Origin: Candidatus Rokuibacteriota bacterium
GTDB taxonomy: Bacteria; Methylomirabilota; Methylomirabilia; Rokubacteriales; CSP1-6
DNA: 64,000 nucleotides
Assembly: GCA_003220225.1 (NCBI GenBank)
Contig: QHRU01000038.1
Coordinates: 30,971 to 94,970, forward strand
Reading direction: 5' to 3'
Below the pieces are notes generated by a model. That model did not search any database, had not been told where the DNA came from, and was given only the letters and a program-made list of their open reading frames with translations. Shown here piece by piece: positions 10,337-24,162 of the stretch. Position 1 is the first letter of the stretch. Every line of letters begins with the position of its first letter. A program made the position numbers and the translations under genes.

Positions 10337-11857
10337 GTGAGCGAGCAGCCGCGCGACACCAACGACCTGATCCGCCAGCGTGAGGAGAAACTGGAGGCGC
10401 TGCGCCGACGCGGCGTCGATCCCTTCGGCGGGCGCTACCCGGTCACGCACACGGCGGGCGACCTCACCACGCGGCTGGAAAAGGCCGCCGACGCCGAGCT
10501 GGAAGCCTTCGGCCCCGTGAGCCTGGCCGGGCGCCTGGTGGCCATGCGCGACCACGGCAAGACGGCCTTCGCGCACCTCATGGACCGGACCGGCCGGCTG
10601 CAGCTCTACGCGCGCGCCGACCAGCTCGGCGACGACTTCGCGCTCTTCCGCGACCTCGACGTCGGTGATTTCATCGGCGTCACGGGCGGGATGTTCCGCA
10701 CGCGCACGGGCCAGCTCACGCTGGCCGTGAAGTCGTTTGCGTTCCTGGCCAAGTCGCTGCGTCCGCTGCCCGAGAAGTGGCACGGCCTCAAGGACGTCGA
10801 GACGCGCTATCGGCAGCGCTACGTCGACCTGATCGTCAACCCCGAGGTCCGCGAGATCTTCCTGCTGCGCGCGCGGCTCGTCCAGGGGATCCGCGCGTTC
10901 CTCGACGCGCGCGGCTTCCTCGAGGTCGAGACGCCGATGATGCAGCCCATCCCGGGCGGCGCCATCGCGCGCCCGTTCAAGACGCACCACAACGCCCTCG
11001 ACATGGACCTCTATCTGCGGATCGCGCCGGAGCTCTACCTCAAGCGGCTGGTCGTCGGCGGCTTCGAGCGCGTGTACGAGATCAACCGCAACTTCCGGAA
11101 TGAAGGCGTGTCCACGCAGCACAACCCAGAATTCACCATGCTCGAGTTCTATCAAGCCTATGCGGACTATCAAGATCTCATGGAGCTCACCGAAGAGCTC
11201 TTCACCGATCTGGCGCAGTCGCTGCTCGGCCGGCTCACGCTGAGGTGGGGCGAGCACGCGATCGACCTCGCGCGGCCGTGGAAGCGCCTGCCGTTCTTCT
11301 CGGGCGTCTCGGCGGCGCTCGGGACCGTGGTGACCGTCGAGACCGACGCGGCGACCGTCGCGCGCGCGGCGGCCGCGAAGGGCGTCAGCGTGAAGCCCGG
11401 CGCCGCCGCGTGGGAGGTCTGGAAGGAGGTCTTCGACGAGCTGGTCCAGCCCACCCTCGTGCAGCCGACGTTCGTCGTGGACTACCCGATCGAGCTCTCG
11501 CCGCTGGCCAAGAAGAAGCGCGACAACCCGCGCCTGGTTGACCGCTTCGAGCTGTTCGTCGGCACGCGCGAGCTGGCGAACGCGTACAGCGAGCTGAACG
11601 ATCCCGTCGACCAGCTCGCGCGCTTCCGCGAGCAGGCCGCCCAGAAGGCGCGCGGCGACGACGAGGCCCACTGGCTCGACGAGGATTACGTGCGGGCCCT
11701 GGAGTACGGCATGCCGCCCGCGGCGGGGGAGGGAATCGGCATCGACCGGCTGACGATGCTCTTCGGCAACCTGCCGTCGATTCGCGAGGTGATCCTGTTC
11801 CCCCACTTGCGGCCGGAGGGAGACTCGGCATACCCCCCGGGAGGGCCGAGCGAGTGA
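10337..11857 (+). CDS. lysS: Lysine--tRNA ligase (class II)
   Basis: RYRQRYVDL, LYLRIAPELYLKRL, RNEG..HNPEF, YGMPP..GIGIDR. Confidence 0.97.
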   Translation: MSEQPRDTNDLIRQREEKLEALRRRGVDPFGGRYPVTHTAGDLTTRLEKAADAELEAFGPVSLAGRLVAMRDHGKTAFAHLMDRTGRLQLYARADQLGDDFALFRDLDVGDFIGVTGGMFRTRTGQLTLAVKSFAFLAKSLRPLPEKWHGLKDVETRYRQRYVDLIVNPEVREIFLLRARLVQGIRAFLDARGFLEVETPMMQPIPGGAIARPFKTHHNALDMDLYLRIAPELYLKRLVVGGFERVYEINRNFRNEGVSTQHNPEFTMLEFYQAYADYQDLMELTEELFTDLAQSLLGRLTLRWGEHAIDLARPWKRLPFFSGVSAALGTVVTVETDAATVARAAAAKGVSVKPGAAAWEVWKEVFDELVQPTLVQPTFVVDYPIELSPLAKKKRDNPRLVDRFELFVGTRELANAYSELNDPVDQLARFREQAAQKARGDDEAHWLDEDYVRALEYGMPPAAGEGIGIDRLTMLFGNLPSIREVILFPHLRPEGDSAYPPGGPSE

Positions 11858-13063
11858 AGCGCGGGCTCCCACTCGAGCTATTTCTCGGCCTGCGGTACCT
11901 GACCGCGCGCGGCAGCCGCGCCAACCTCTCGCTCTTCGTCTGGATCGGCGTGGGCGGCGTCTTCCTCGGCGTGGCCGCGCTCATCGTCGTGCTCGCCGTC
12001 ATGACCGGCTTCCAGGACGGCATCCGGGACCGGATCATCTCCGCCAACCCGCACCTGCTCGTGTTCCAGTCGGGCAGCGCGGGCATGGCCGATCCCGCCG
12101 CCGTCGTCGCGCGCGTCACGACGCTGCCCGGCGTGCGCGCCGCAACGCCGTTCGTGCTCCAGCAGGCGCTGTTCACGAGCGCGGGCGGCGACGCGCACGG
12201 CGGGCTCGTGCGGGGGGTGGATTTCGACTCACGCCCCGTGCGCGACGACCTCAAGGCGCAGCTGCGCTCCGGCCGGCTCGAGGCGGCGGTGGGTGGCGAG
12301 GGGATCCTCCTGGGCGTCGAGCTGGCGCGCACCCTCGGCGTCGTGCCGGGCGATGCGGTCACGGTCATCTCCCCGAAGGGCGCGCTGACGGCGGTGGGCA
12401 TGGTGCCGAAGATGCGCCGCTTCACCGTGGTCGGCACCATCGAGGTGGGGATGTACGAGTACGACGCCTCGCTCGCCTACCTCTCGCTGGCGGCGGCACG
12501 AGACTTCGCGGGGCTGGCCGGCGTCACGGGCGTGGAGGTGCGTCTGGACGATCCGTTCGACGCCAAGCGGGTAGGCCGCGCGGTGGCGGGCCGGCTCGGC
12601 GTTCCGTACTGGGTGCGCGACTGGATGGACATGAACCGCAACCTCTTCAACGCGCTCCAGCTCGAGAAGCTCGCGCTCTTCGTCGTGGTCACCATCATCG
12701 TGCTGGTGGCCGCCTTCGCGATCATCGGTCACCTGGTGCTCCTCGTGGCCGAGAAGCGCAAGGAGATCGGGGTGCTCAAGGCGATCGGCGCCAGCGCCTC
12801 GTCGATCACGGCCGTGTTCTTCTCGGTGGGGATGACCATCGGCGTCGTGGGCACCGTGGCCGGCAGCATCGTGGGCCTGGCGATCATCTGGATCCAGAAC
12901 ACCTACAAGATCATCAAGCTCGCCGGCGACGTCTACCAGATCGACTATCTGCCGATGAAGCTGGCCTTCGGCGATTTCGTGCTGATCGTGAGCGCGACGC
13001 TGCTCCTGTCGTTCCTGGCCACCATCGTACCCGCGCGCCGCGCAGGGTCACTCTCGCCGGTGG

Positions 13064-13083
<20 letters not shown>
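11854..13083 (+). CDS. lolC: Lipoprotein-releasing ABC transporter permease LolC/E family
   Basis: GVAALIVVLAVMTGF, DWMDMNRNLF, KEIGVLKAIGA, LRYE C-terminus. Confidence 0.9.
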
Positions 13084-13774
<691 letters not shown>

Positions 13775-13842
13775 ACGTCCCCCGAGTTGGCCACGGTTTC
13801 GCATAAGCTTTCGATGGGTTAGTTGCTCGTGAAGAAAAAGGC

Positions 13843-13871
13843 TAGCAGCGGTATCGGGCGCGGGCTATACT
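13843..13871 (+). promoter_or_regulatory. Putative sigma70 promoter upstream of clpC (TAGCAG-17-TATACT)
   Basis: Near-consensus -10 in an AT-richer intergenic gap. Confidence 0.5.
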
Positions 13872-13952
13872 ACGGTTGACCTCGATTAACTAGGCGTCGC
13901 CCAAAGCGAAATCGGCTCTCACGGAGACACGAAAAAGGGGTGGGGGACACCA

Positions 13953-16400
<2,448 letters not shown>

Positions 16401-16430
16401 GCACCACCCCGCGCGAGCCTGAGCGACCCG

Positions 16431-18683
16431 GTGACCCCAGGGGGGGGCCTGCGTCTTACCGTCGTCATCGTCGTGCTCGCGGCTGTGCTCGATCTCGCGT
16501 CGGTGGTGACCGCCCAGCAGCCCCCCGTCCTCATCAAAGAGCTCACCGTCGAGGGCAATCGCCGCGTGCAGGAGGCGGTCATCCTCGGCCGCGTGAAATC
16601 GGCCATCGGCGCGCCCTTCAGCCCCGCCCAGCTCTCCGAGGACGTCCGCGCCGTGTTCGCGCTCGGCTTCTTCGACGACGTCCAGGTGAAAGTCGAGGAC
16701 TTCGAGGGGGGCGTGAAGGTCGGCTTCGTCGTCGTGGAGCGGCCGTTCGTGCGCGACGTCGACTTCGTCGGCAACAAGCACGTCGCCACCAACGACCTGC
16801 AGGACAAGATCGACCTCAAGCTCGGCAGCGTCTACAACCCCGTGGACGTCCAGCGCGCGCGCGAGCGGATGAAGGACCACTACGAGAGCGAGGGCTACTT
16901 CGAGGTCCAGATCACGCCGGACATCGAGAAGTTCGCCGACGGCGACGTGAAGGTCGTCTTCACCATCAACGAAGGCCGCCAGATGAAGATCGAGCAGATC
17001 GTCATCCGCGGCAACCGGGGCCTCACCGACAAGCAGATCAAGAACGCCATGGCCACCCAGGAGCGCCAGTACTGGATCCTGCGCGGCACCGTGCAGCGGC
17101 AGCGCCTGGACGAGGACGTCGACCGCATCCTGCAGCTCTACAACGACCACGGGTACATCCAGGCGCGGGTCGAGTCGCACGACGTGACGGTGGACCGTGA
17201 GAAGGCGCGCGTCACCATCAACATCGTGGTGGTGGAGGGCTCGCAACACCGGGTGGCGTCGGTCGGCTTCACCGGGCTGACCCTCATGCCGGAGAACGAG
17301 CTCCGGCGGCAGGTGAAGCTCAAGGCCGGCGACGTCTTCTCGCGCTCCGCCCTGCGGGACTCCGCCAAAGCCCTCGAGGACCTCTACTCGAACATCGGCC
17401 GCGCGTCGGCGGAGGTGAATCCCAAGATCGACCTCCTGCCCGAAAACAAGATTGCCATCGTGTTCGAGATCAACGAGGGCCCCACCGTCTACGTCGAGCG
17501 GATCAACATCGCCGGCAACGTCCGCAGCCAGGACAAGATACTCAGACGAGAGCTGCAGATGGCCGAGGGCGAGATCTTCACCCTGCGGAAGATGCAGCGC
17601 AGCAAGCAGCGCCTGACCAACCTGGGCTACTTCGAAAAGGTCGAGGTCAACACGGCGCCCGGCTCCGACAAGACCAAGATCATCGTCAACATCGACGTCA
17701 CGGAGCGGCCGACGGGACTCTTCTCGATCGGCGGCGGATACTCCTCCGCGGACGGCGCGCTCGGCACCGTCGATCTCTCGCAGAACAACTTCCTGGGCCG
17801 GGGCTGGCTGGCCGCCATCAAGATCCGCGCGGGCGCCAACGTGCAACAGGGCCAGATCAGCTTCACCGAGCCGTGGCTGTTCGACCGGCCGCTGTCCACG
17901 GGCTTCGATGTCTTCAGCACGCGGCGAACGTTCATCGAGTACGACTACAACACCCTCGGCCTCGGCCTGCGGATGAGCCATCCGTTCGAGGAGTTCTGGC
18001 GCTGGCACCTCGGCTATCGCATCACCCAGGACGAGATCCTGCACCTGAAGAACCGCGACGACTCGTTCCTGCGCGCGGAGGAAGGCTCACTGATCACCTC
18101 ACTGGTGTCGGGCGTGATCGCGCGCGACAGCCGCGACAGCATCCAGACGCCGAGCAAGGGCGGGCAGATCGTCTTCACGACGGAAGCGGCGGGGCTCGGC
18201 GGCGACCATCACTACGCCAAGACCACGCTGTTCGCGACGTACTTCAAGCCGATCTGGCTCGATCACATCATGTCGGGGCGCATCCAGGGCGGCTACGGGT
18301 TCGGGTTCGGGAACGAGCGCCTCCCGGTGTTCGAGCGCTTCTACCAGGGCGGGCCCAACTCGAACCGGGCCTTCAAGCCGCGGCAGGTCTCGCCGATCGA
18401 CGAGTTCGGAACCCGCATCGGCGGCACCAGCGAGGTCCTCGGCACCCTCGAGTACATCGTGCCGCTGCCCTTCGACATCCGGCTGGCGGCGTTCTTCGAC
18501 ATCGGCAACGTGTACGGCTTCAGGACCAAGTTCGATCTGACCGACCTCCGCGAGGCCGCCGGCGGCGGCGTGCGCTGGGTGTCGCCGTTCGGCCCGGTCC
18601 GCGTAGACTACGGTTTCAATCTCGACAAGCGGCCCGGAGAGAAGGCGGGGAATTTCCATTTTTCGGTCGGCTCGCCGTTTTGA
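16431..18683 (+). CDS. bamA: Outer membrane protein assembly factor BamA
   Basis: Signal peptide, POTRA repeats, SFTEPWLFD, SPFGP, C-terminal Phe. Confidence 0.95.
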   Translation: MTPGGGLRLTVVIVVLAAVLDLASVVTAQQPPVLIKELTVEGNRRVQEAVILGRVKSAIGAPFSPAQLSEDVRAVFALGFFDDVQVKVEDFEGGVKVGFVVVERPFVRDVDFVGNKHVATNDLQDKIDLKLGSVYNPVDVQRARERMKDHYESEGYFEVQITPDIEKFADGDVKVVFTINEGRQMKIEQIVIRGNRGLTDKQIKNAMATQERQYWILRGTVQRQRLDEDVDRILQLYNDHGYIQARVESHDVTVDREKARVTINIVVVEGSQHRVASVGFTGLTLMPENELRRQVKLKAGDVFSRSALRDSAKALEDLYSNIGRASAEVNPKIDLLPENKIAIVFEINEGPTVYVERINIAGNVRSQDKILRRELQMAEGEIFTLRKMQRSKQRLTNLGYFEKVEVNTAPGSDKTKIIVNIDVTERPTGLFSIGGGYSSADGALGTVDLSQNNFLGRGWLAAIKIRAGANVQQGQISFTEPWLFDRPLSTGFDVFSTRRTFIEYDYNTLGLGLRMSHPFEEFWRWHLGYRITQDEILHLKNRDDSFLRAEEGSLITSLVSGVIARDSRDSIQTPSKGGQIVFTTEAAGLGGDHHYAKTTLFATYFKPIWLDHIMSGRIQGGYGFGFGNERLPVFERFYQGGPNSNRAFKPRQVSPIDEFGTRIGGTSEVLGTLEYIVPLPFDIRLAAFFDIGNVYGFRTKFDLTDLREAAGGGVRWVSPFGPVRVDYGFNLDKRPGEKAGNFHFSVGSPF

Positions 18684-18693
18684 GGAGGGGTTG

Positions 18694-19269
18694 ATGAAGG
18701 CAGCAGTCGCAGCGGTGGTGGCGATGGCCGCGGGCGTGATGCTGGTGTCGGGCACGGCCGCCCAGGGGCCGGCGCCCGCGGCGGTTCCGGCGGTGCCGGC
18801 GGTCCAGACGTCGAAGATCGGCTACATCGACGTGCAGCGGGTGCTGGCGCGCTCGGCGGCCGGCGTGGCCGCGCGCGAGCAGCTCGAGAAGGAGCGCGCC
18901 GCGATCCAGAAGGACATGGACGGTCGCCGGGTGGAGCTGGAGAAGCTGCGCGACGAGATCGAGAAGAAGGGCGCCCTCATGACGGCCGACGCGCGGCGTG
19001 AGAAGCAGGAGGTGTTCGAGCGCAAGCGCCGCGACGCCGCGCGCGCCGCCGACGACTACCAGAAGGAGCTGGAGAAGAAGGAGGGCCAGCTGCTCCAGAA
19101 GGTGCTCCAGGAGGTCGGTGGCGTCATCGAGAAGGTCGGCAAGGAGAAGAACTACTACATGATCGTCGAGAAGCGGAACGCGGGCGTCCTCTACGCCTCC
19201 AACGACGCCGACCTCACCGACGAGATCATCCGGGCCTATGATCGTGACGCCGGAGGCAAGAAGAAGTAG
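18694..19269 (+). CDS. skp: Periplasmic chaperone Skp/OmpH
   Basis: Signal peptide, [10 protein letters not shown], coiled coil, DLTDEII; follows bamA. Confidence 0.92.
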   Translation: MKAAVAAVVAMAAGVMLVSGTAAQGPAPAAVPAVPAVQTSKIGYIDVQRVLARSAAGVAAREQLEKERAAIQKDMDGRRVELEKLRDEIEKKGALMTADARREKQEVFERKRRDAARAADDYQKELEKKEGQLLQKVLQEVGGVIEKVGKEKNYYMIVEKRNAGVLYASNDADLTDEIIRAYDRDAGGKKK

Positions 19270-19274
19270 CGACG

Positions 19275-20336
19275 ATGGTCAGCCGAGCCGAGTTCACTCT
19301 CGGCCAGCTCGCGGAGGCGCTGGGCGCCACCCTCGAGGGTGACCCCGCGCGGGTGGTGAGGGGCGTGGCGCCGCTGGAGAGCGCCGGGCCCGACGACGTG
19401 TCCTTCCTCACCGACGCCCGCTACCGCGCGGCCGCCCAGGCCTCGCGCGCGGGCGCCTTCGTCGCCGGTGCCGACGTCACCGGCCTGCCCGCGCCGATCC
19501 TGACGGTGGCCGCGCCGCAGCAGGCGATGATCGATCTGCTCCTGCTGTTCCACCCCGCGCCCCCGCTGCTCCCGGGCGTCGACGCGAGCGCCGTCGTCGC
19601 CGGGGACGCGCGCGTCGACGCGACGGCGGCGGTGGGACCGCTGGCCGTGATCGAAGCGGGCGCGCGCATCGGATCGGGCGCGCGCGTCGGCGCGCTCACG
19701 TACGTGGGCCCCGACGTGGAGGTCGGCGAGGGCTGCGTGCTGGGCCCGCACGTGACGCTGCTGGCGGGCGCGCGGCTCGGGCGCCGCGTGCTCGTGCATC
19801 CGGGCGCCGTCATCGGCGCCGACGGCTTCGGGTTCGCCTTCGACGGCGCGCGCCACCGCAAGATTCCGCAGACGGGCGGCGTCGTCATCGAGGACGACGT
19901 GGAGATCGGCGCCAACACCACGATCGACCGCGCGACCTTCGGCGATACCATCGTCCGCCGGGGGACCAAGATCGACAATCTCGTCCAGATCGGGCACAAC
20001 GTGGAGGTGGGTGAGCACTCGATTCTCGTGGCCCAGGTCGGCGTCTCGGGGTCCTCGAAGCTCGGGCGCGGGGTGGTGCTGGCCGGGCAGGTGGGGATCG
20101 CCGACCACGTCAGCGTCGGCGACGGGGCCATGGTCGCCGCGCAGGGCGGCGTGCCGTCCGACCTCGAGGCCGGCGGGCGCTACCTCGGCACGCCGGCGCG
20201 GCCCGCGATGGAAGCGCGGCGGATCTTCGCGGCGGAGTCGCGTCTGCCCGAGCTGCTGCAGCGCGTGCGCGCGCTGGAGCGCGCGGTGGAGGCCCTCGGC
20301 GGCGGTCCGCTCGGGCGCAAAGGGGGCGCGCGATGA
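19275..20336 (+). CDS. lpxD: UDP-3-O-acylglucosamine N-acyltransferase LpxD
   Basis: [30 protein letters not shown] hexapeptide repeats. Confidence 0.96.
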   Translation: MVSRAEFTLGQLAEALGATLEGDPARVVRGVAPLESAGPDDVSFLTDARYRAAAQASRAGAFVAGADVTGLPAPILTVAAPQQAMIDLLLLFHPAPPLLPGVDASAVVAGDARVDATAAVGPLAVIEAGARIGSGARVGALTYVGPDVEVGEGCVLGPHVTLLAGARLGRRVLVHPGAVIGADGFGFAFDGARHRKIPQTGGVVIEDDVEIGANTTIDRATFGDTIVRRGTKIDNLVQIGHNVEVGEHSILVAQVGVSGSSKLGRGVVLAGQVGIADHVSVGDGAMVAAQGGVPSDLEAGGRYLGTPARPAMEARRIFAAESRLPELLQRVRALERAVEALGGGPLGRKGGAR

Positions 20337-21199
20337 GTGACGCGATCCATCCCTCGGCGATCATCGATCCGCGCGCGCGGCTCGAGGCCGGGGTGCGGGT
20401 CGGCGCCTTCAGCGTGATCGGCCCCGAGGTGACGCTGGAGAGTGGCGTCGAGATCGGCCACCACGCCGTGCTCGAGGGCCGCGTGGCGCTCGGCCCGCGC
20501 GTGAAGGTCGGCCACGGCAGCGTGCTCGGCGGCGTGCCCCAGGACCTCAAGTACAAGGACGGCACGCCCTCGGGCGTGCGCGTGGGCGCCGACACCGTCA
20601 TCCGCGAGTACGTGACCGTGCACCGCTCCACGCGCGCGGAGGGTTGGACGGACATCGGTCGCGAGTGCCTGGTGATGGGCCTGAGCCACGTCGCGCACGA
20701 CTGTCGGATCGGCGACGGCGTGATCGTCATCAACTACGCGGGCCTCACCGGCCACTGCGAGATCGGCGACCGCGCGACGATCGGCGGCCTCTCCGGCATG
20801 GTGCCGTTCACGCGCGTCGGCGCCTACGCGTACGTCGGGGGGATGGCGAAGCTCACGGCCGACGTACCGCCCTACGTCCTGGTGGAAGGCCAGCCGGCCA
20901 CCGCGCGCGCGATCAACGTGATCGGCCTGCGCCGCGCGGGCATGAACCCGGCCGACCGGCGCAGCCTTCAGAATTCGTTCCGCATCCTCTATCGCAGCGG
21001 GCTGGCGCCGGCGCGGGCCGTCGAGCGGATCCGCGAGGAGGTGCCCGCCACGGAGCCGATCCGCGTGCTCCTGGACTTCGTCGCTCGGGCCAGTCGTCAC
21101 GGGATCGTGAAGGGGACTCTCATGTCTGCCGAAGATTGGGGGGACGAGGCGTCCCCCCGATTGCCCCCCGCCCCGCGTCACCGGGAGATCACCGGCTGA
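20333..21199 (+). CDS. lpxA: Acyl-ACP--UDP-N-acetylglucosamine acyltransferase LpxA
   Basis: [34 protein letters not shown]; extra C-terminal tail. Confidence 0.95.
   Translation: MSDAIHPSAIIDPRARLEAGVRVGAFSVIGPEVTLESGVEIGHHAVLEGRVALGPRVKVGHGSVLGGVPQDLKYKDGTPSGVRVGADTVIREYVTVHRSTRAEGWTDIGRECLVMGLSHVAHDCRIGDGVIVINYAGLTGHCEIGDRATIGGLSGMVPFTRVGAYAYVGGMAKLTADVPPYVLVEGQPATARAINVIGLRRAGMNPADRRSLQNSFRILYRSGLAPARAVERIREEVPATEPIRVLLDFVARASRHGIVKGTLMSAEDWGDEASPRLPPAPRHREITG
21135..21175 (+). repeat. G/C-run hairpin embedded in the lpxA 3' end
   Basis: ATTGGGGGGACG-agg-CGTCCCCCCGAT stem followed by C-runs; architecture resembles family A. Confidence 0.55.
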
Positions 21200-22224
21200 T
21201 GGCCAACGGGGCGAAGGTGCGCGCCGGCGTCGTCGGCACCGGCCACATGGGCCAGTACCACGTGCTCGTGTACGCCGAGCTGCCGGACGTCGAGCTGGTC
21301 GGCGTGGTCGACACGGACGCCGCGCGCGCGGCCGCGGTGGCCAGGCAGTACGACACGCAGGTCTTCGCCGACCATCGGGCGCTCGTCGGCCGCGTGGACG
21401 TCGCGAGCGTCGCCGTCCCCACCGGCGAGCACTTCGCGGTCGCGCGCGACCTGCTCGAGGCCGGGGTCAGCGTGCTCGTGGAGAAACCGATGACGCCGAC
21501 GCTGGAGGAGGCGCGCGCGCTCTTCGCGGTGGCCGAGCGCACCGGCGCCGTCCTGCACGTCGGCCACGTCGAGCGGTTCAACGGCGCCGTCGAGGAGCTG
21601 CGGCAGATCGTGCGCGCGCCCATCCTCATCGAGTCGCGCCGGCTGGGACCGTTCGCGTCGCGCGTGCAGAAGGACACGGTGGTGATGGACCTCATGATCC
21701 ACGACATCGACATCGTGCTGGGTCTCGTGGACTCGCCGCCCCTGCGGCTGGCCGCCCAGGGCGCCGCCGTGCACTCGCCCGTGACCGACGTGGCCAGCGT
21801 CCAGGTCCGGTTCGAGTCGGGCACGATCGCCATCATCACCGCGAGCCGCGCCACCGAGGAGAAGGTCCGCACGCTGGCGATCACCATGCACGACGCCTAC
21901 GTCCACCTCGACTACACGGACCAGGACATCCGCGTCTACCGGCGCGCGAAACAGCAGTACACGATGAGCCGCAAGGCCATTCGCTACTCCCGCGCCTCGC
22001 TCGTCGAGCATCTCCAGGTGCACCGCGAGAACCCGCTGAAGCTCGAGATCCAGCACCTGATCGCCGCCCACCGCCGGCGCCAGGCGGGGCGGAAGGTCGA
22101 GCTGAACCTCGCCGAGGATCTCACGTCGCTCGCGATGGCCCTCGAGATCGAGCGGATGATCCGCGACGGCGTCCCCGAGATCGCGTGGCCGAAGGACCTG
22201 CCGTGGAGCGGTCGCTCGGACTGA
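21199..22224 (+). CDS. Gfo/Idh/MocA NAD-dependent oxidoreductase (GnnA-like, lipid A cluster)
   Basis: GTGHMG, VLVEKP, VGHVERFN, DLMIHDID; located between lpxA and lpxI/lpxB. Confidence 0.88.
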   Translation: MANGAKVRAGVVGTGHMGQYHVLVYAELPDVELVGVVDTDAARAAAVARQYDTQVFADHRALVGRVDVASVAVPTGEHFAVARDLLEAGVSVLVEKPMTPTLEEARALFAVAERTGAVLHVGHVERFNGAVEELRQIVRAPILIESRRLGPFASRVQKDTVVMDLMIHDIDIVLGLVDSPPLRLAAQGAAVHSPVTDVASVQVRFESGTIAIITASRATEEKVRTLAITMHDAYVHLDYTDQDIRVYRRAKQQYTMSRKAIRYSRASLVEHLQVHRENPLKLEIQHLIAAHRRRQAGRKVELNLAEDLTSLAMALEIERMIRDGVPEIAWPKDLPWSGRSD

Positions 22225-23015
22225 TGTGCGGCGCCGGCGAGCTGCCGGCGCTGATGGCCGCCGAGGCGCGACGGCGGGGATGGCGCGTCGTCGCCTTCGC
22301 GTTCGCTCGCGACACCGGCGCCGCCGCCCACGCCGCGCGCGTCGTCCCCGCCGCCATCGCCGAGATGGCGCCCGTCATCGCCGCCCTGCGGGAGGAGAAG
22401 GTCGCGGGCGTGCTCTTCTCCGGCAAGTTCTGGATGGGAGATCTCCTGCGCGCGGAGGCGGTGGACGACGCGCACCGCGCGATGGCGCGGCGCGCGGGCG
22501 GCCTGCTCGACGGCAACGTCAAGGCCGTGCTGCTCGCCACCCTCGGCTCGATGGGCATCGAGCTGCTCGACCAGCGGCCGTTCCTGGGCACCGGCCTGCC
22601 CGGCGAGACGGTGCTCGGCGCGCGCGCGCCGACGGCGGACGAGTGGGCGGACGTTCGCCGCGGCCTCGCCGTCGCGCGCGCGGCGGCGGATCTCGGCGTG
22701 GGACAGACGGTGGTCGTGCGCCGCAGCGTCGTGAGCGCGGTGGAGGCGATCGAGGGCACGACGGCGGCCATCCGTCGCGGCACGGCGCTGAGCGGCCCCG
22801 GCGCCGCCATCGTGAAGGCGGTGGGCGGCGAGCACGACTTCCGCTTCGACGTGCCGACCATCGGGCCGGAGACGATCGAGGCGGCGGCCGAGGGCGGCGC
22901 CACCGTCATCGCGCTCGAGGCCGAGCGCGTCTTCGTGCTCGAGCGGGAGGCGACGGCGCGGCGCGCCGACGCGGCGTCCATCGCGCTGGTCAGCACGCGT
23001 GGCGCCGGCGCCTGA
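22185..23015 (+). CDS. lpxI: UDP-2,3-diacylglucosamine pyrophosphatase LpxI
   Basis: LGLMCGAGELP, GQTVVV, AVEAIEGT, DFRFDVPTIG; start uncertain. Confidence 0.9.
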   Translation: MAEGPAVERSLGLMCGAGELPALMAAEARRRGWRVVAFAFARDTGAAAHAARVVPAAIAEMAPVIAALREEKVAGVLFSGKFWMGDLLRAEAVDDAHRAMARRAGGLLDGNVKAVLLATLGSMGIELLDQRPFLGTGLPGETVLGARAPTADEWADVRRGLAVARAAADLGVGQTVVVRRSVVSAVEAIEGTTAAIRRGTALSGPGAAIVKAVGGEHDFRFDVPTIGPETIEAAAEGGATVIALEAERVFVLEREATARRADAASIALVSTRGAGA

Positions 23016-24162
23016 GCGGCCGCGCTCCATCATGCTCGTCGCCGGCGAGGCCTCCGGCGACCTGCACGGGGCGACGCTGGCGCGCGCGCTGCGCGCCGCC
23101 GCGCCGGGCGCGCGGCTCTCCGGGATGGGCGGCCGCCGCATGGCCGCCGAGGGCGTCGAGCTGCTCGTCGACGTGACGGCCGCGGCCAGCATGGGCGGCA
23201 CCGAGGCGGTCGGCGGCATGCCCGCACTCTACCGCGCGTACCGGCGGTTGCGGGCCGTCGTGACCGGCCCCGACCGTCCCGACGCTCTCGTCGTCATCGA
23301 TTTCCCGGAGTTCAACCTGCGACTGGCGCGGGCCGCGCGCCGGGCGGGCGTCGCCGTCGCCTACTTCATCCCGCCCCAGGTGTGGGCGTGGCGGCCGTGG
23401 CGCGTGCGGCTCATCCGTCGCGTGGTGTCGCTCGTCCTCGCCGTGTTTCCGTTCGAGACCGCGCTGTATCGTCGGGCCGGGGTGCCCGTGGCGTTCGTCG
23501 GCCATCCGGTGCTCGACGCGCTCGCCGGGGCGCCGTCGCGCGCCGCCGCGCGCAAGGAGCTCGGCGTCGACGGCGACGCGCCCGTGGTGGGGCTCGTGCC
23601 CGGCAGCCGCCGCCACGAGGTCGCCGGCGTGCTGCCGATGATGCGCGAGGCCGCCGCCCTCGTCGTGGCCGCGCATCCCGACGCGCGCTTCCTGGTGGCG
23701 CAGGCGCCCACGGTGGACGCGGAGGACCTGCGCGTGGCCGGCGCACCGCCGTTCCGCGTCGTCACCGGCCGCACCTACGCCGTGATGCGCGCCGCCGATC
23801 TGCTGCTCGTGACCTCCGGCACGGCGACTCTCGAGGCCGCGCTGCTCGGCACGCCGATGGTCGTCTGCTACCGGCTCTCGCGCCTCAGCGAGCTGCTCTT
23901 CAAGCCGCTCGTGCGCGTGCCGTGGATCAGCCTCGCCAACATCGCGCTCGGCCGCGCGGTGGTGCCCGAGCTCTACCAGCGCGGGCTGACAGGCCAGGCG
24001 CTCGGCCGCGAAGCGCTGCGCCTGCTCGATTCGCCGGCGGCGCTCGCCGGGCAGCGCGAGGCGTTCGGCGAGCTGGCCGGCCAGCTCGGCGCGCCGGGCG
24101 TCGGCGCGCGCGCCGCGCGTCACGTGCTCGAGCTGGCCGCCGGCCGCGCGGCGCGCCCATGA
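22999..24162 (+). CDS. lpxB: Lipid-A-disaccharide synthase
   Basis: AGEASGDLHG, IDFPEFN, PQVWAWR, VGHP, PGSR, SGTATLE. Confidence 0.96.
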   Translation: MAPAPERPRSIMLVAGEASGDLHGATLARALRAAAPGARLSGMGGRRMAAEGVELLVDVTAAASMGGTEAVGGMPALYRAYRRLRAVVTGPDRPDALVVIDFPEFNLRLARAARRAGVAVAYFIPPQVWAWRPWRVRLIRRVVSLVLAVFPFETALYRRAGVPVAFVGHPVLDALAGAPSRAAARKELGVDGDAPVVGLVPGSRRHEVAGVLPMMREAAALVVAAHPDARFLVAQAPTVDAEDLRVAGAPPFRVVTGRTYAVMRAADLLLVTSGTATLEAALLGTPMVVCYRLSRLSELLFKPLVRVPWISLANIALGRAVVPELYQRGLTGQALGREALRLLDSPAALAGQREAFGELAGQLGAPGVGARAARHVLELAAGRAARP

